Assembly: GCF_000143415.4 (NCBI RefSeq) | Contig: NW_003314262.1 | Coordinates: forward strand, 4,648,389 to 4,712,388 | Direction of reading: 5' to 3' | From: Selaginella moellendorffii | Taxonomy: Eukaryota; Plantae; Lycopodiophyta | Length of the DNA stretch: 64,000 bases | In this document: positions 12,963 to 24,695 of the stretch, one piece after another | Position numbering within the stretch: position 1 is the stretch's first letter | Layout: every line of letters starts with the position of its first letter | The notes under the pieces: model-generated | What the model was told of the DNA's origin: nothing | Seen by the model: only the letters and a program-made list of their open reading frames with translations | The model's database searches: none | Program-made: the position numbers and the translations under genes

Positions 12963-14571
12963 TCATCTGGTAACTCTAAAAGACTGCAAGAAAAAGATGG
13001 ACTGCTAAACAAAAGCACTAGCGCAGAAAATTGATAGCTTACCTTCACTTGAGCGAGCAAATCTCTCGCGTCAGCATTGTGCTTGAAGTGATCTCGCACC
13101 GGCTACAAATCAGCATTAGCAATGTTTGGCGTGCGACAGGAGGCAATGGATATACCTGGAGAATTAGATTGAGTGATTTTGCCAAAGACGTCTTGATCTC
13201 ATCGGAACTTATCAGTCCTGACTCGAAGTCGCCATTCAGCTTCTCAGCTGACTCGTAGGTACTGTAAGAAATTGACGTTATAGAGACGAAGGAAATAGTA
13301 AAAGAAACGCGAGCTTACAGATTTCCGCCTCTTTCTTCTGAACGGCAGAGCTCAAATCGGCCATGCCACGGGATGACGACGTACTTCACGTATTCCAAGC
13401 ACGGGTTCCCTTCCACAACGTTCGGACAGAACGCACCTGCAATTTTCCTGTTCACATCATCCTGTCTAAAATATTAGTATCGGGCATTTCTTAGCGCTGT
13501 GTGCCATACCTCTTCGTCTTCCATAAATATCGCAGACTCGGGATCACTTTTCGACATCTTCAGCTGACCTTCCTTCAGCCCCGGCAGCATATCTAGAATA
13601 AAGAGAAAACAAAAATAAGTCAAAATGTGAAAACAACAAAAAAATACAATTGGAAACTTAAGCATACGATGAGACAAAATAATTGGTTTGAATTTCCGTT
13701 TGGTAGCAGAAGCATACTCTCTTGCAAGCATGTTCACTTTTCTCTGATCGAGTCCAAGCTGACAAATATCAGCCTGCGGAAGAAAAGAAAAGTTGGAGTA
13801 TTTCCGAAACTTGATACTGGAAATGCCCGTGCTCACCTTGAGGAAGAACACATCCGCGCACTGCATACACGCGTACATGATTGCAGACACCGAAAGCTCT
13901 TTTGGATTGGTCCGTCCCATAATTTGCGAGCATCTAGACAAAGAAAAGAAGACAAAGGAAGAAAAAAAAAAATAAAACAAAAAAGAACCGTGTAAGACCT
14001 TCATGAGTCACTTGGTCCAATTATGACAACGTTACTTGCCTTAGAATACGAGGAAGATTGTTCCTGCGAGCGATATCAAAGACAAGCTTCCAGTACTCCT
14101 CGGCCCTCGAGTTGATCTCGTGAGAAGACCATAGAAACTCCACCTGATTGAGATTCATACCAACAGCCTTCCACACTTCGATCATGTAGCGCCCCACGGT
14201 CTGGATCTTGTGGAGATCGCCTCCCATCTTGTTGTTGAGCTGCGCAAACCAGTCCGCGACCCAGAACTTAAACACGCATCCAGAGCTTGTCAATTTGTTA
14301 ACATTCAGTGCCTTCATCACTCCCTGCGATCAAAGGGTGGAAAGACAAAACGAATTAAGGCGATGTGGACAAACTCTCTCACCTGAGCGATGTGGACTCT
14401 GCCAGACGGTTCAAATCCATCGTAGCAGATCGGAGGAGTCGGCTTGTTCTTGAAGAGCGCGGCCAGATCCTCGGCGCCAGTGCATTCTTCGCCGACGCTC
14501 AGCGCCAGTTTCACTTTCTCCTGGATCGCAGCCGCAGCAGCGGCATCCTCTTGCGCCGGCAGATCCGCCAT
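12963..14571 (-). CDS. Cytosolic tyrosyl-tRNA synthetase; multi-exon
   Basis: ICYDGFEPSGRVHIAQG (HIGH-like), WVADWFAQLNNKMGGDL, YACMQCAD, DICQLGLDQRKVN, KMSKSDP (KMSKS); last exon SFRVTR*. Confidence 0.95.
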
Positions 14572-14646
14572 AGCGATAGCGACGCCCTATCAAAAACCCT
14601 AGGCCCAAGAACCCTAAGTCATTGTGGGGGCGGCATTTGATTCGCC
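14572..14646. promoter_or_regulatory. Bidirectional promoter core (telo-boxes plus site II) between TyrRS and TOM20
   Basis: AAACCCTAG 14594-14602, GGCCCA 14602-14607 and AACCCTAA 14610-14617 lie within the 75 nt separating two divergent ATGs. Confidence 0.65.
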
Positions 14647-15552
14647 ATGGACGACGGGCTCCCGCAGACCGATATGGAGCGCCTCGTCTTCTTCGAGGCA
14701 ATGCGCGAGCGCTGCGCCGCGGAGTATCTCCGCAGCCCTCACGATCCAGAGGTAAGGAATCGCGCCATTCAATCCAAATGCTGTGGAGTCTTCCTTGCGA
14801 TTAAATGATTTTTTTCTTAGAACCTAACGAACTGGGGGAACGCTCTGCTCGAGCTAGCGCATTTTCAACAGGGCGATGAATCGGTCCCGCTTGTAGAAGG
14901 TCGGATTTATCTTTTCCATTCAAATCACTCTCGTTGTTCTTGTAGATTCAATCTCCAAGCTAGAAGCTGCGCTAAAGATCAATCCAAAGAAGCACCAAAC
15001 GCTCTGGATTCTAGGAAACGCTCACACTTGCCATGGGTTCCTCGTAGCCGATGTTTTAGAGGCTAGCGAGCATTTTAAGAAGGCAGCTACTTGCTTCCAG
15101 GATGCATACAACGAGGTGAAAAGCATAGCTTCGTTTTTGCAATTGTTGTGATGTTATCCTTTTTTTTTCTTCCAGGAACCCAGCGAAGTTTACTCCAAGT
15201 CTCTAGAAATGGCTCGCCAAGTACGTTGCGAACAGTCTTTTCCCCGTGAATTTTTCTAGAGCTTTTTTACAGGCACCATTGCTCCATCAAGAGCTCCAGG
15301 TACAGCTCGCTTCTCAAGGGATGGCGATCAACGCTTCATCATCGTCGAGTAGAAGCGGAAACAAGGTAAAAACACTTCCATTACTGGTTAAAAAACTGGA
15401 GTTTTCACGAAACTTTCTAGGGAAAGAAGAAGAAATCGTCCAAGCGCAGCGATTTGGCCTATGATGTTCTTGGATGGGTGGTTCTGGCTATTGGAATTGT
15501 TGCGTGGGTTGGGATGGCAAACATGGCAAAAGCAGCTCCTAGTGCCAAGTAG
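14647..15552 (+). CDS. TOM20: Plant mitochondrial import receptor TOM20; 6 exons
   Basis: Spliced product MDDGLPQTDMERLVFFE..NLTNWGNALLELAHFQ..SISKLEAALKINPKKHQTLWILGNAHT..APLLHQEL..KKKKSSKRSDLAYDVLGWVVLAIGIVAWVGMA: TPR-like domain plus C-terminal TM anchor. Confidence 0.92.
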
Positions 15553-16619
15553 TACCTCCTAATGTTTTTCCTTTGTACATCAATTTTGAAAAGAACAAAT
15601 GCATTTCAATGGCAGCACCAATGCTCACAGTGAAGCTGTATGTTGTGAAATTTGAATTTTCTTACTTAAATTCGCAAGAAAAATTATAAATAGCTAGTAA
15701 TAAAATTATATTTTTTATAATATAATAAATTATTTATATATTAAATAAATAATACAGAGTTAATCAGTGTTTAGGATTTTTTTTCATTAGTGGATATTGA
15801 CTCTACCACACATAGTTAACAATTAAAAATTGTTAAAATATTTTATTTTTCCAACAAGCATAAACCATATTAATAATCAGTATCCACATTTAAATTAATA
15901 ATTTTTCATGGCATATAATTAATAATATAAAATTTTGTAAATGTTATTAATAAATTTGTATTGTAAAACCGATCACCTACCTTGAGTGATAACTTCCCTA
16001 GTGGTGAAAATCGTAAGTATTTTTGATAGTTTTTCCTTTTTTCCTTTTGAACTGCATATCATAATCAAAGTTTTGGCACATTATTCTGGAGAAAGACAAA
16101 AGAAAAAAAATTTAATAGTCAGTAACAAAAAATTTGGGAGTAGCTTATGTTGTTTTGCAAATAAGTGTACTCCACCTTATTATTCACCTCATTAGGGATT
16201 CCACTTAAAAACTTTTTAAGATGATAATTAAAACTTTTAAAGGAGTAAAAAAAGATATAATAAAATATTCATTTTAAAATTTAATGGTTTAATATCTTGC
16301 TTTTTAAGTTTTTCAATAACATTCCAACAAATCATTATATTAAAATGGATGATAAAACATATTTGGTGATTTACTAATTTTTGTGGCTACATGATATAAA
16401 CAAAAAATTTTAATTTTTACAATTAATATGCAAAAGCATACATTTTTTATTATAATATAAACTAATACAATAATTAATAACGGTTTAAAAGCTTATACTT
16501 ATGTTTGAATGTCAAATTCTTATTAAAAAAAATTACGGAACAAGCATCTAAATTACTTCAAAAATTTGAAAATATTTATATATTCTAAATGTTTCATGGT
16601 ATGATCTGTCTATCTATGT

Positions 16620-19499
16620 TTATAATTCCTGTTCAAACGTGTCTCCTTGGTGCATTCCTTGCCTCACATACTCTGAGAAGTGAAACTCCTGCGCCACCAT
16701 ACTTGCCAGATCCATCCGTCCAGCTTCTCTATAAACCTCCAAAACTGTCCTATAAGTTGCGGGGCTCGGCTGGAAGCCACACTCCTTGAGCCTCCTAAAC
16801 ATCCTCCCAACGCCTTCCAAAAGCCCGACTTTCCCGTAGGCAGCGATCACGCTCCCATAGCTCGCTTCGTTGAGCTCCACACCCCTAGCCTTCATCCGCG
16901 AGTAAACTTGGAGCGCCACGTCCAGCTTCCCAGCCTTTCCAAACGAGTAAATCAGCGCGTTGTAAGCGTCCACGCCGAGCGAGAGTCCCTCGTCTCTCTC
17001 GGCCCTCTGGATGGCGAACGCGATCTCGGCGGCCTCGTCGCTCATCCCGGCTTGTGCGTAGAGCAAAGTTAGCACCACCATCGTCTCCAGGCTCGTGCTG
17101 CTTTGCTCGAGCCTCTGGATGAACTCTCCAGGAACCATTCCAGCTCTCTCCAAAATCTCCTCGAAGCAGCTAAAGGTGCTCCTGCTCGGGACCAGCCCGG
17201 CTCGCCTCATCTCCTTGAGAGCCTCCAGTGCTTCTCTCATCAGCCCGGCCTTCACGTACATGGCTATGACGCCATTGAAAGCCCGAGCGTCCGTGATGAG
17301 GAAGCGCCTCGACATGACCCTGGCGACGTCCAGTCCTTGCTCGATCTTCCCGGCCTCCCTATAGAGCTTGAGCATCATCGTGCAAGCCACTTCGTTAAGT
17401 CCTGGCTTCCCGCGCTGCATGGCTCGAAAGAGCTGCTCGGCCTCCGTAAACATTCCAGACTTGATGTAGAGGTTGAGCATCGTGTTGGCCGCGAAAACGT
17501 CCGGGCTTAGCCTGCTTATTTCCTCGTAGATCTTCTCGGCCTCCGCTGTAAGTCCCAAGTTACTGTAGAGCTTCATCATCGACGTGTACACGATCGTGTC
17601 CGGGACAAAGCCAGCGGCTTTGAGGCTGTCGAGCGTCTGCTGTGCCTCTCTCGCGAATCCTGCTTCGGCATACGCGTTGAGCAAGGCACTGTAGCAGATA
17701 ACGTCCGCCTCAACACCGGATGCTAGCATTTCCTTGAACACCCTCTCGGCTTCTCTGACCCGTCCCATGTCGCCGTAGAAGCTGACAACCGAGGAGCACG
17801 AAGCCAGGCTTGGCTTGAATCCCGCTGCCTTCACGAGCACCAAAACTCTTTGCAAGATCTCCAAAAGTCTCCCTTTGCAGAGGAGCTGTATCAGTGAGTT
17901 GAAAGACGCTTCGTTGGGACTCGCTCCATCTTTCTCCATAGCTTCGAAAACGGTCACAGCGTCGGTAAACCGGTCGCAAGCGCCGTAAGCTTTCATCATC
18001 ACGTTGTATAGCGATGGAGTCTTCAAGCCCGCGTTCTTGGCGAGCTCGAAAACTTCCCGTGCTTGGTCCAGGCACTTGTGCTCGGCGTAAACGTCCATCA
18101 CCCCGACATAGGTGCTGACTTCCAATCCTCCCCGAGAATGGAGGAAACGAAACACCGACTCGGCCTTCGAGACGTCTCGAGCTCGGACATACATGGCGAT
18201 CATCACGGTGTACATCGCCTGGTCTATGAAAAACCCGGAGCCTTCCATCTCTTGGACAAGAGCCTCGGCCTTCCAGACGACGTTGTTTGCAGCGTAGGCA
18301 CTGATAAGCGTCCTGAAAGTCACTTGATCCGGGGACACTCCAGAGTCGCGCATTCTCTCCAGGCACCCGGAAACAAGCTCCAGCTTGTCGTTCTTCACGT
18401 ACATCTCGATCAGGGAGTTGTAAGTCGCGACGTCCGGGCAGCAATCCTTCCGCTGCTTCATCTTGGTCACTAGCAGCTCGGCTTCTCTGGTCCGGCCAGC
18501 TTTCCCATAGACGTGGATCATCGCGTTGAAAGTAACAGTAGTGAGCTCCACCCCGGCCTTCATCATCTCCGCGAAAACCTTGGACGCCTCGGCAAACTTC
18601 GCGTGCTCGCCGTAGAAACTTATCATGGTGTTGAAAGTCTCTGGATTCTCAGGCCTCTTCGTGGTGCCATCCACTAAGTTCTCCGAGAAGAGCCCCCAGA
18701 ACGCCTTCTCGGCCTCTTCCAAGTCTCCAAATCTTCGCTGGAGATTCATATAAGTGCTCACCATGACTTCGTCCGGCTCCACTCCACTCTCGATCATATG
18801 CCGGTAGAAACGAATGGCCTCGTCTTTCATGCCTGCTCGTCCGTGAACGTCCACCAAGATGCTGTACGTGAAGATCGTCGGGGGGACTCGCTCGCCAAGC
18901 ATTTCACTCCAGTACTTTTGGAGAAGCTCCCACTTCGCGGCCCTGCCCAGTGTTCTAAGCAAGATGTTGTAGAGAAAGACGTTGGCCTCGTAGTTGTCTT
19001 GCCGCTGGAACCAGCTGAAAACCTCGATCGCCTTCCTCCAGTCACGCTGCTCGCTGAGAATTCTCGATAGCTCTCGACTCTCCAGCCTGCCGGCTCGATC
19101 CAGCACCAAGGAGACGGAGGAATTTCTCTCTGCTAGAGCCGCGAGAATCGAAGAAACGTGAGCACTGTGCTGTTTTCTCGCTCTGGGAGAGTTTTTCCCT
19201 GTCTGACTCTCCCACTCTTTCCTTCCCGGTGGCTTTTGCGGCCGCCGGGACGAATTTCTAGCAATCTTTCCCGTTGCACACTGCTGCCCTGTGTCCACGA
19301 ACCTCCTCGCTCCTGGAAACTGCGGCATTCTCACCTCGTGATCGATCGGCGGCTCCTCCATAGAATAATCCGAGCGAAATGCGCTCACTGAGAGGCGCGA
19401 GAGGACATCGCAGCAGCAGGGCGGCGATGGCGCCATCATCCAGCGCTTCTTGGAGGAAGAAATCGGGGGAGGGGGGAGGAGCCCGATCGAAGAGTGCAT
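16620..19499 (-). CDS. P-class pentatricopeptide repeat protein, intronless, organelle transit-like N-terminus
   Basis: 959-aa ORF of tandem 35-aa repeats (YNILLRTLGRA, FNTMISFYG, YNSLIEMY, YSALLNAYA). Confidence 0.95.
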   Translation of the reverse strand: MHSSIGLLPPPPISSSKKRWMMAPSPPCCCDVLSRLSVSAFRSDYSMEEPPIDHEVRMPQFPGARRFVDTGQQCATGKIARNSSRRPQKPPGRKEWESQTGKNSPRARKQHSAHVSSILAALAERNSSVSLVLDRAGRLESRELSRILSEQRDWRKAIEVFSWFQRQDNYEANVFLYNILLRTLGRAAKWELLQKYWSEMLGERVPPTIFTYSILVDVHGRAGMKDEAIRFYRHMIESGVEPDEVMVSTYMNLQRRFGDLEEAEKAFWGLFSENLVDGTTKRPENPETFNTMISFYGEHAKFAEASKVFAEMMKAGVELTTVTFNAMIHVYGKAGRTREAELLVTKMKQRKDCCPDVATYNSLIEMYVKNDKLELVSGCLERMRDSGVSPDQVTFRTLISAYAANNVVWKAEALVQEMEGSGFFIDQAMYTVMIAMYVRARDVSKAESVFRFLHSRGGLEVSTYVGVMDVYAEHKCLDQAREVFELAKNAGLKTPSLYNVMMKAYGACDRFTDAVTVFEAMEKDGASPNEASFNSLIQLLCKGRLLEILQRVLVLVKAAGFKPSLASCSSVVSFYGDMGRVREAERVFKEMLASGVEADVICYSALLNAYAEAGFAREAQQTLDSLKAAGFVPDTIVYTSMMKLYSNLGLTAEAEKIYEEISRLSPDVFAANTMLNLYIKSGMFTEAEQLFRAMQRGKPGLNEVACTMMLKLYREAGKIEQGLDVARVMSRRFLITDARAFNGVIAMYVKAGLMREALEALKEMRRAGLVPSRSTFSCFEEILERAGMVPGEFIQRLEQSSTSLETMVVLTLLYAQAGMSDEAAEIAFAIQRAERDEGLSLGVDAYNALIYSFGKAGKLDVALQVYSRMKARGVELNEASYGSVIAAYGKVGLLEGVGRMFRRLKECGFQPSPATYRTVLEVYREAGRMDLASMVAQEFHFSEYVRQGMHQGDTFEQEL

Positions 19500-19551
19500 T
19501 TTCTTTCTTTCCTTAAACCCTTGCGCGCTAGAACCCTAAACTTATTTTAGG

Positions 19552-21630
19552 TCAAACTGGAGGAGAGTCTCGCATTTGGGAGAGCGCCCACGCGAGATCC
19601 CGCATCGTCGGCCGCTTCTTTGGATCCATCTCCAGGCAAGTCCTCGCCAGGAATGCCAGCGTCGCGGCATTCTGGACCGAGAAATCAGGGTCACTTGCCT
19701 CTAGCAGCGCCGGATCGATCCAATCCAGCAGGGAATCAGCCTCCCGGTCCAAGTCGGAGTAAATCGCCTCGTACAGGAACACCGGATTGATCTTCCCGGA
19801 TGGGAGGCCCTTCCTCTTCCAAGAACGCAGCTCCGATGGCTGGATTATCGGCTCCAACCCCGTCAGGAGCTCCAGCAGCACGACGCCAAACGCGAAGACG
19901 TCGATCTTGGTGGTGACGGTGCCGTGGAGGAGGTACTCCGGGGCCTTGTAGCCCTGGCTATGGCTGTCGATGGCGATCGTGGTGCTAAGATCCTCGGTTG
20001 GAGCGCTGGGGCCGAGGAATTTCTCCGATTCTTTCGCCTTTTGGAAGCTGGAGATCTTGGCCTGGTACGCTGCGTCGAGAAGAACGTTGCTACTCCGGAT
20101 GTTCTTGTGGACAAAGCCCGGCCGCGCGTAGTTGTGGAGGTACTCGAGCCCCCTGGCCACATCCAGCGCGATCGCCAGCCTCATCTTCCAGCCAAGGATA
20201 ACTCCGCGATCGAGAGGAGCAGCAGTGAAAGCACCAGTTGGCGACGATTTTCGAGAGGAGGGATCACCACCATCTAGCGAAGATCGTCGAGCGGCAGCAA
20301 GGCATTTGCGAAGCGATCCATTCTCGGCAAACTCATACGCGAGGAACGTCTGGTTCGTGTCCTCGTCGTGGCAAGCGCCGACGAGCGCGATGAGATTGGC
20401 GTGGTGGACGCGGCAGAGAACCCGGGTGCTGGTGGTGCCGTCCTCGGCCTTTTTGATCGCCACCTTGGTCCCGCGAAGAACAGCCACGTACATGGACGAG
20501 GAGCCCGGGATCCTGGCAGCCGGATCAAAGTCGCCGGTGGCGTCGCGGATCTCCTGGAGCGAGTACCAGGTCGGCTTCACCGCGTCGAGCACGTCGGGCA
20601 TGCTGAGCTTGGCGCCGTTGGGTCGAGTGGACGAGTTCTTGGGCGAGAAGAACGGCGGCGACAAGAGCTTGTGATCCTGGCTGGGGAGAACGATAGTGTC
20701 GGACACCATCTTCCCCGCCACCTTGCGGCGCCGCTTGAGCACGACCACGGAGATGGCAGTGAGGAACAGGAGGAAGAACCCCACCGCGGCACTCGTGATC
20801 CCGAGATAGAACTTCCACTCGGAGCCATTCCGCTTCGGGGGGATCGCTGGAGCATCAGCTGGCGGTGGCGGTGGCGCCGGCACGGCCGGCAGTTTGAGCG
20901 TGGAACCATCTCTCACGGGAACCAGCAGCGTTGTTCCTGGCTGGAGCTTCGTGTTCTGGAGCCGGTTCTCTTCCAGCAGCTCCTTCTCATCGACCCCGAG
21001 CTCGGCGTCCACGCTCGCGACCGAGGGCGATCGATCAACGTCGCCCAGCACGTACGTGACGAGGCGGAGGCCAACTCGATCCGAGCAGGCGCAGCGCAGC
21101 GGCACCTGGATCTGGCTGCCAACCGCGAGTTGCGTGGGGATCATCCCGGGATTGGAGGCCTCGATGGTGGTATCGGTGGTGAGGAAGTGGAAGACATCGT
21201 TGGCGATGGAGAAGTAAGTGTCGCCGGGGCGGACTTTGTAGCTGACGGTGGCGGAGGATCTGTTGGTGGTGGAGTTGCAAGAACAGGGGACTGGCACGAG
21301 CAGGAGCTGATCGATCGAGAAGGTGGCGTTGATCGAATCCGGGGGGTTCGAGGATAGGATGTCCGGGACTGGTGCCTTGAATTGGTCGGAGATATCTTGG
21401 AGAGATCGACCCTTTTTGGCGAGGAACACGAGCTGCGCTGGGCAGGAGGAGAAAAATGGAGAGTCGGAGCACTTGTAGCCCAGCTGGTCGTGCTCGTTGT
21501 AGTCTTGGCTGGAGAGCGCGAGCTTGGCGATGGTGATGACGAGGAGGAGGAGGAGGGGAGGGAGGAATGGAGCGTACCGTGGAGAGGAACTGGGGGCGGG
21601 TATCGTCGCCATCGTCGCCAGGAGGAGCAT
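19552..21630 (-). CDS. LysM receptor-like kinase, LYR/LYK4-LYK5/NFP type (probable pseudokinase), intronless
   Basis: Signal peptide; three LysM modules separated by CSC and CAC; YKVRPGDTYFSIA; Pro-rich linker; TM helix; kinase lacking GxGxxG, with HKN for HRD and SFQ for DFG. Confidence 0.92.
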   Translation of the reverse strand: MLLLATMATIPAPSSSPRYAPFLPPLLLLLVITIAKLALSSQDYNEHDQLGYKCSDSPFFSSCPAQLVFLAKKGRSLQDISDQFKAPVPDILSSNPPDSINATFSIDQLLLVPVPCSCNSTTNRSSATVSYKVRPGDTYFSIANDVFHFLTTDTTIEASNPGMIPTQLAVGSQIQVPLRCACSDRVGLRLVTYVLGDVDRSPSVASVDAELGVDEKELLEENRLQNTKLQPGTTLLVPVRDGSTLKLPAVPAPPPPPADAPAIPPKRNGSEWKFYLGITSAAVGFFLLFLTAISVVVLKRRRKVAGKMVSDTIVLPSQDHKLLSPPFFSPKNSSTRPNGAKLSMPDVLDAVKPTWYSLQEIRDATGDFDPAARIPGSSSMYVAVLRGTKVAIKKAEDGTTSTRVLCRVHHANLIALVGACHDEDTNQTFLAYEFAENGSLRKCLAAARRSSLDGGDPSSRKSSPTGAFTAAPLDRGVILGWKMRLAIALDVARGLEYLHNYARPGFVHKNIRSSNVLLDAAYQAKISSFQKAKESEKFLGPSAPTEDLSTTIAIDSHSQGYKAPEYLLHGTVTTKIDVFAFGVVLLELLTGLEPIIQPSELRSWKRKGLPSGKINPVFLYEAIYSDLDREADSLLDWIDPALLEASDPDFSVQNAATLAFLARTCLEMDPKKRPTMRDLAWALSQMRDSPPV

Positions 21631-21925
21631 CGGATCGAATGGAGAAATGGTTTGAGCGCGCCGAGGTCTGAGAGTAGGACGATTCGATCAAAACGATCCA
21701 TGTAGTGTGATATCAGCCATTCTTGTCGATTTCTGGCATGGTTATTCTCTTTTTCTCTGTTCGAATCAACAAAGCCCTAGAAACAGGGGGCTCTGTTTAG
21801 CCCTAAATATAACATTTTGTCACCATTATTCCTAGCAGCAACATTTTATGTTTTCTAGTCAACATTTCCATCCATAAGGTAATAGATTACTTTTGTTATT
21901 AAGACTACACTTATGCATGAACTAA

Positions 21926-23335
21926 TCAGGCATGGTTGAAGGCAGCGCAATCCCGGCGGATCTCTCCCTGTCCTCCCGTCTTGACGCCAATGCCGCCGAG
22001 CTTGTCCATGGCGACGGCGAACGCCTCGAAGAATCGCGGCTGCGATCCAGCAAAGAGATTGACGAGCGGCCTCGCGGAAGAGTTGGAGGTGGAGAAGAGG
22101 GCCTGGTCGGAGCGCAGCAATCCTCGCCCGTACAGTGTGTTCTTGAAGAAGGCGTTGTCGAAGAGGTCGGGCGTGGAGGGGTCGAGGTGCGTGACCAGGG
22201 TTGGATCCAGACTCGGGCCCCTCGGGCACGCCTGGCGGAGCTCGGCGGCGTAGGAGGGATTCATGGTGGAATCGATGGTTCCATAAATGCGGTCCATGAA
22301 TTGGTTGCAGTGCGCGAATCCAGCGGTGTGGCCTCCTCCTGGGATGGAATAAATGCATCCATCGATCGATCGATCGAGGACTGCAGGTGTCAGCAGTACA
22401 AGAATGTAGAGAAAGAATTTATGTCATGTAAGATCGTGGGAATGGTTTTATTGTTCCGGGATGTATGGATGCTAACCCAAGCGTGAATGATCTCTCGATT
22501 GACTAGCACGGAGCGAGGAAAAAATGCTTGGAAAAAAAAAGGCAAATGTTCTGAGAAGCTTTGAATTGTCTTGAGCGTATGATATCAGGTATAGGATTGG
22601 AGTGAAAGGGAAGGAGTTCATACCGGTGAGCGCCACCATGTCCTGGAGAGAGAGGCCTTTGGAGGCGAAGAGCGAAGTTAGCTCCGCCACTGTCATGTTT
22701 GGCATGGGGAGATTTCCAGGAACTCTGGAAGCTTTCGAGACCGTGCCATCTCTCCGACCAAGACGAACTTCCCAAGAGGGCCCTCCAATCTGTAGAAAAA
22801 CGGAAGCTTTGCGAACTTGAAGATGTTGTCTCTCAGTTTCTTACCAGGACGACGAGCTCTCGGGTGCTCAAAGCAAGAATGTCGGCACAGGAGACAACGC
22901 CGGGGCACTTTGATTCCACCGCGGCCTTGGCCTTGATCACCGCGTCAAATCCATCGCCAGGCAAGGAGAGGTTGACCTCGGCATCCTTCTCAGCCTTGTT
23001 GCTCGGAGTGGACGCGACTAGCACTGAGGCATCACACCCCTTTCGAAGAAACAAAGTTAAGCTTTTAGAATGCGCCAAGCCAAGAACAGGAACGATCCGC
23101 AAGGCTGTTTTACCTCAACCATGCAATCGTGGAAGAAGATCCGCAGCGTCCCAGCCGCGGCCACTGGCGTCTGCGCAAACTTGGCCGCAATGACGCGCCG
23201 CACAATGCTAGGGAGCTCCGGGCAGGATCTCACGTAGAAGTCAGTGGCGAGGCGAGGGGAAATCGCGATCTCGGCGACGATGAGCACCGGAGCAACTGCG
23301 AGAAAGATTGAAAGCAGTGCACTGCTCCTCTTCAT
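21926..23335 (-). CDS. Class III secretory peroxidase; 4 exons
   Basis: Signal peptide, [40 protein letters not shown], proximal His in [22 protein letters not shown]. Confidence 0.95.
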
Positions 23336-24695
23336 TTTGTCACCCAAGATCTTTTTTCTCTCCCAGAAAATAACAGAAACAAAGAAATGAAAACAAAAGA
23401 GCAAAAACAAACAAGTTATGTGGGGGGGAACTCTACTAGGCATTTAAAGCTTTTGTAGGAGCTTGGTCTTGTAGATTGGAAAGGGGGGCAGTGGAAAACA
23501 AAAAGGAGTCCTGAGATGTGAAGGAAGTTGCACAGAGAATACTTGGCAATTGCAGCTCTCTCTGCAACTCTATACTGACTCCTGTTGAAAATCAAAGCTT
23601 GGAACGTGAACCCGGCAGTACGCCTGGTGAATATTCGTTTTGTACCAAAGTTTTGGATATTCTATCCGAGATAGTTTAATGACAATATGTTTATAAAAGT
23701 TTGATTTAATTAAAATTTTCACTTTATAAATTAATAGTTGGATGTCATTCACTTTACGATAATTACAGGATTAATATAATTTTATTACCATTATCAACCT
23801 ATACATAAAAAAAGAGAGGATTTTAAAAATAAATTTAAGTGAGTTATAATAAACATCTATTGTCTAAATTGTTCATTTCTTAAATGAAAAGTTTCTTAAC
23901 TATAAGGCTTTTTAAATTTGATATATTAGGATGTACCAATAAATTAACTTATTGTGTTTAAATATCTTTAAGGATTTATATTAGCTTTGCTAAAATTGTT
24001 TTTCTAATAATATTTAAAAAAATTATTATGATTTACAATTTAGCATGGTAAAAAAAGACTATTCAAATATAATAAAACTAAACAATTCATGAATGAGAAA
24101 ATTAATTTATAAATCAACTATTTAAAAAGTAATACTAATAAATTATTTATGGTGATGCATTATATTGCAATAATAAAACTAATTTACAACTATCATTTAA
24201 AGTGGAAATTGAAATAAGAAACAAATACTTTATTTAAGTAAAGGTTATAAAAGATTTAAACATAATTGTATTGTTATGATTTGTAACATGTTTGTGTTTG
24301 TGTTAAATATATCAAACTATATTTTAATCCTAATGGAAAAAATAAAAATTTGTAATCTTTTCAATTATTATATTATCATTTTAAGGCTGACCCAATACAA
24401 TCCAAAACACTTATAAAAGTTAATTTAATTACAAAATACATATATAAATTTCGTAAATCTTTTTCACTTTCTTTTTTCTTTTGGAAAATTGCCAATTTCC
24501 GTCTTACTCTTTATAACAATTTCCTTCACTTTTTTTTTCCTTCTGAAAGCAATTACTTTTCACGTGAAGAATGCCAAAAGGTTTGTCAATTTCTGTGAGA
24601 GTTTAGTTCTAAGTAAGATAATGTGAGCCACGGAACTTTTTTCTTTTTCTCTCATAATTTTCTACTCGTCATTACAATGGAAAGAGATCTTTAGC

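Noticed and set aside
15660-16590. Very AT-rich islands (also 23700-24470 and 39430-40450)
   Set aside because: No terminal repeats, ORFs or shared sequence detectable by eye; left unannotated.
16680-22486. Many long antisense or alternative-frame ORFs over the PPR, LysM-RLK and peroxidase (also over CHS, PDR and the PLS-PPRs, e.g. 41024-42256)
   Set aside because: Shadow ORFs expected from GC-rich codon usage; no recognisable motifs.
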